A DNA stretch of 17,453 nucleotides from Gemmatimonadota bacterium (lineage in GTDB: Bacteria > Gemmatimonadota > Gemmatimonadetes > Gemmatimonadales > GWC2-71-9). Below the pieces are notes generated by a model, which was given only the letters and a program-made list of their open reading frames with translations, was not told the origin of the DNA and made no database searches. Below are positions 17,050 to 17,453 of the stretch, piece after piece. Made by a program: the position numbers and the translations under genes. The stretch is from positions 1 through 17,453 of the forward strand of contig JBDHAB010000052.1 in the NCBI GenBank assembly GCA_039588295.1, given 5' to 3'. Position 1 is the first letter of the stretch; the number at the start of each line of letters is the position of its first letter.

Positions 17050-17207
17050 CCACACTGCCCACGTTACGCCTTCCACATCTCATGTGCAACATCATATCAA
17101 CTTGCTAAGTTATTTAGTAATCAATTAGTTAAGACGTCTGAACTTCACTGAAATTGAGTGTTGAGCGGACACAGCACCTGCTTTTCCACACGCCCACGTT
17201 TCCACAT
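17050..17207 (+). repeat. Imperfect direct repeat with DnaA-box-like 9-mers flanking an AT-rich core that contains an IHF consensus
   Basis: CCACACTGCCCACGTTacgccTTCCACAT (17050-17078) versus CCACACGCCCACGTTTCCACAT (17186-17207). TTTTCCACA at 17182-17190. AATCAATTAGTTA at 17119-17131 matches WATCAANNNNTTR. Confidence 0.55.
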
Positions 17208-17238
17208 TGCGGGCGGCACAGTCGACTCAGCGTCACCT

Positions 17239-17284
17239 GCAAGAATGGCTCGTCGGTCCCGAAGACCGGCGAGCCACTTCTTGC
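17239..17284 (-). terminator. Hairpin terminator downstream of ssrA, possibly bidirectional
   Basis: GCAAGAATGGCTCGTCGGTC...GACCGGCGAGCCACTTCTTGC forms an imperfect inverted repeat of about 20 bp, starting 4 nt past the tmRNA 3' end. Confidence 0.75.
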
Positions 17285-17288
17285 TTCA

Positions 17289-17453
17289 TGGAGGCGCGGG
17301 GAATCGAACCCCGGTCCGAGCCTCGATCCGAAACCAAGTCTACGTGCGTAGGCCGCGATTGTGGTCTCCACGGATCGGTTCGCGACCGACCGTTCCGCGA
17401 ACAAGCTCCCGCTGAAGTCTTACACCACGCGTGAGAGCGGCACGCGGTGCCAG
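17289..17453 (-). ncRNA. ssrA: tmRNA, 3' part (5' end and tag ORF lie outside the window)
   Basis: The minus strand ends ...GGACCGGGGTTCGATTCCCCGCGCCTCCA, giving a T-arm plus the Ala-type acceptor strand CGCCTCC-A. It is preceded by CTACGCACGTAGA and two H-type pseudoknots (loop CCGCT with AGCGG; loop CGCGA with TCGCG). CCA is not encoded. Confidence 0.93.

Noticed and set aside
17100..17135. Possible dif (XerCD) site in the AT-rich tract
   Set aside because: There is no convincing TTATGTTAAAT-like XerD arm or 11-6-11 layout. The IHF consensus fits better.
1..17453. CRISPR arrays, insertion sequences, prophage or defence genes
   Set aside because: No regularly spaced repeats, transposase or integrase motifs, or unexplained large ORFs were found. 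Coding space is essentially fully accounted for.

Overview
This is a high-GC bacterial chromosomal segment made almost entirely of housekeeping genes. Gene order and protein style suggest Gemmatimonadota, but that is inference only. The minus strand on the left carries a HEAT-repeat protein translationally coupled to an HD-GYP phosphodiesterase, then folB and a truncated folK. The plus strand carries lexA, then a chain of seven genes joined by six consecutive 4-nt overlaps (truA-tal-htrA/degP-purB-purC-psd-pssA), a BamE/SmpA-like lipoprotein, a zinc-ribbon protein, purF and ppdK. The 3' part of tmRNA (ssrA) lies on the minus strand at the right edge. No mobile element or CRISPR array was seen. 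The best leads are: (1) the HEAT and HD-GYP proteins share an apparently homologous N-terminal domain that I cannot name, suggesting a two-partner cyclic-dinucleotide signalling module; (2) two TTCGG-N6-TTCGG direct-repeat pairs overlap the lexA promoter and are a candidate SOS box; (3) the convergent ppdK/ssrA gap holds DnaA-box-like 9-mers, an exact IHF consensus and an AT-rich core; (4) an attenuator-like RNA with partial ZTP-riboswitch resemblance lies directly upstream of purF.
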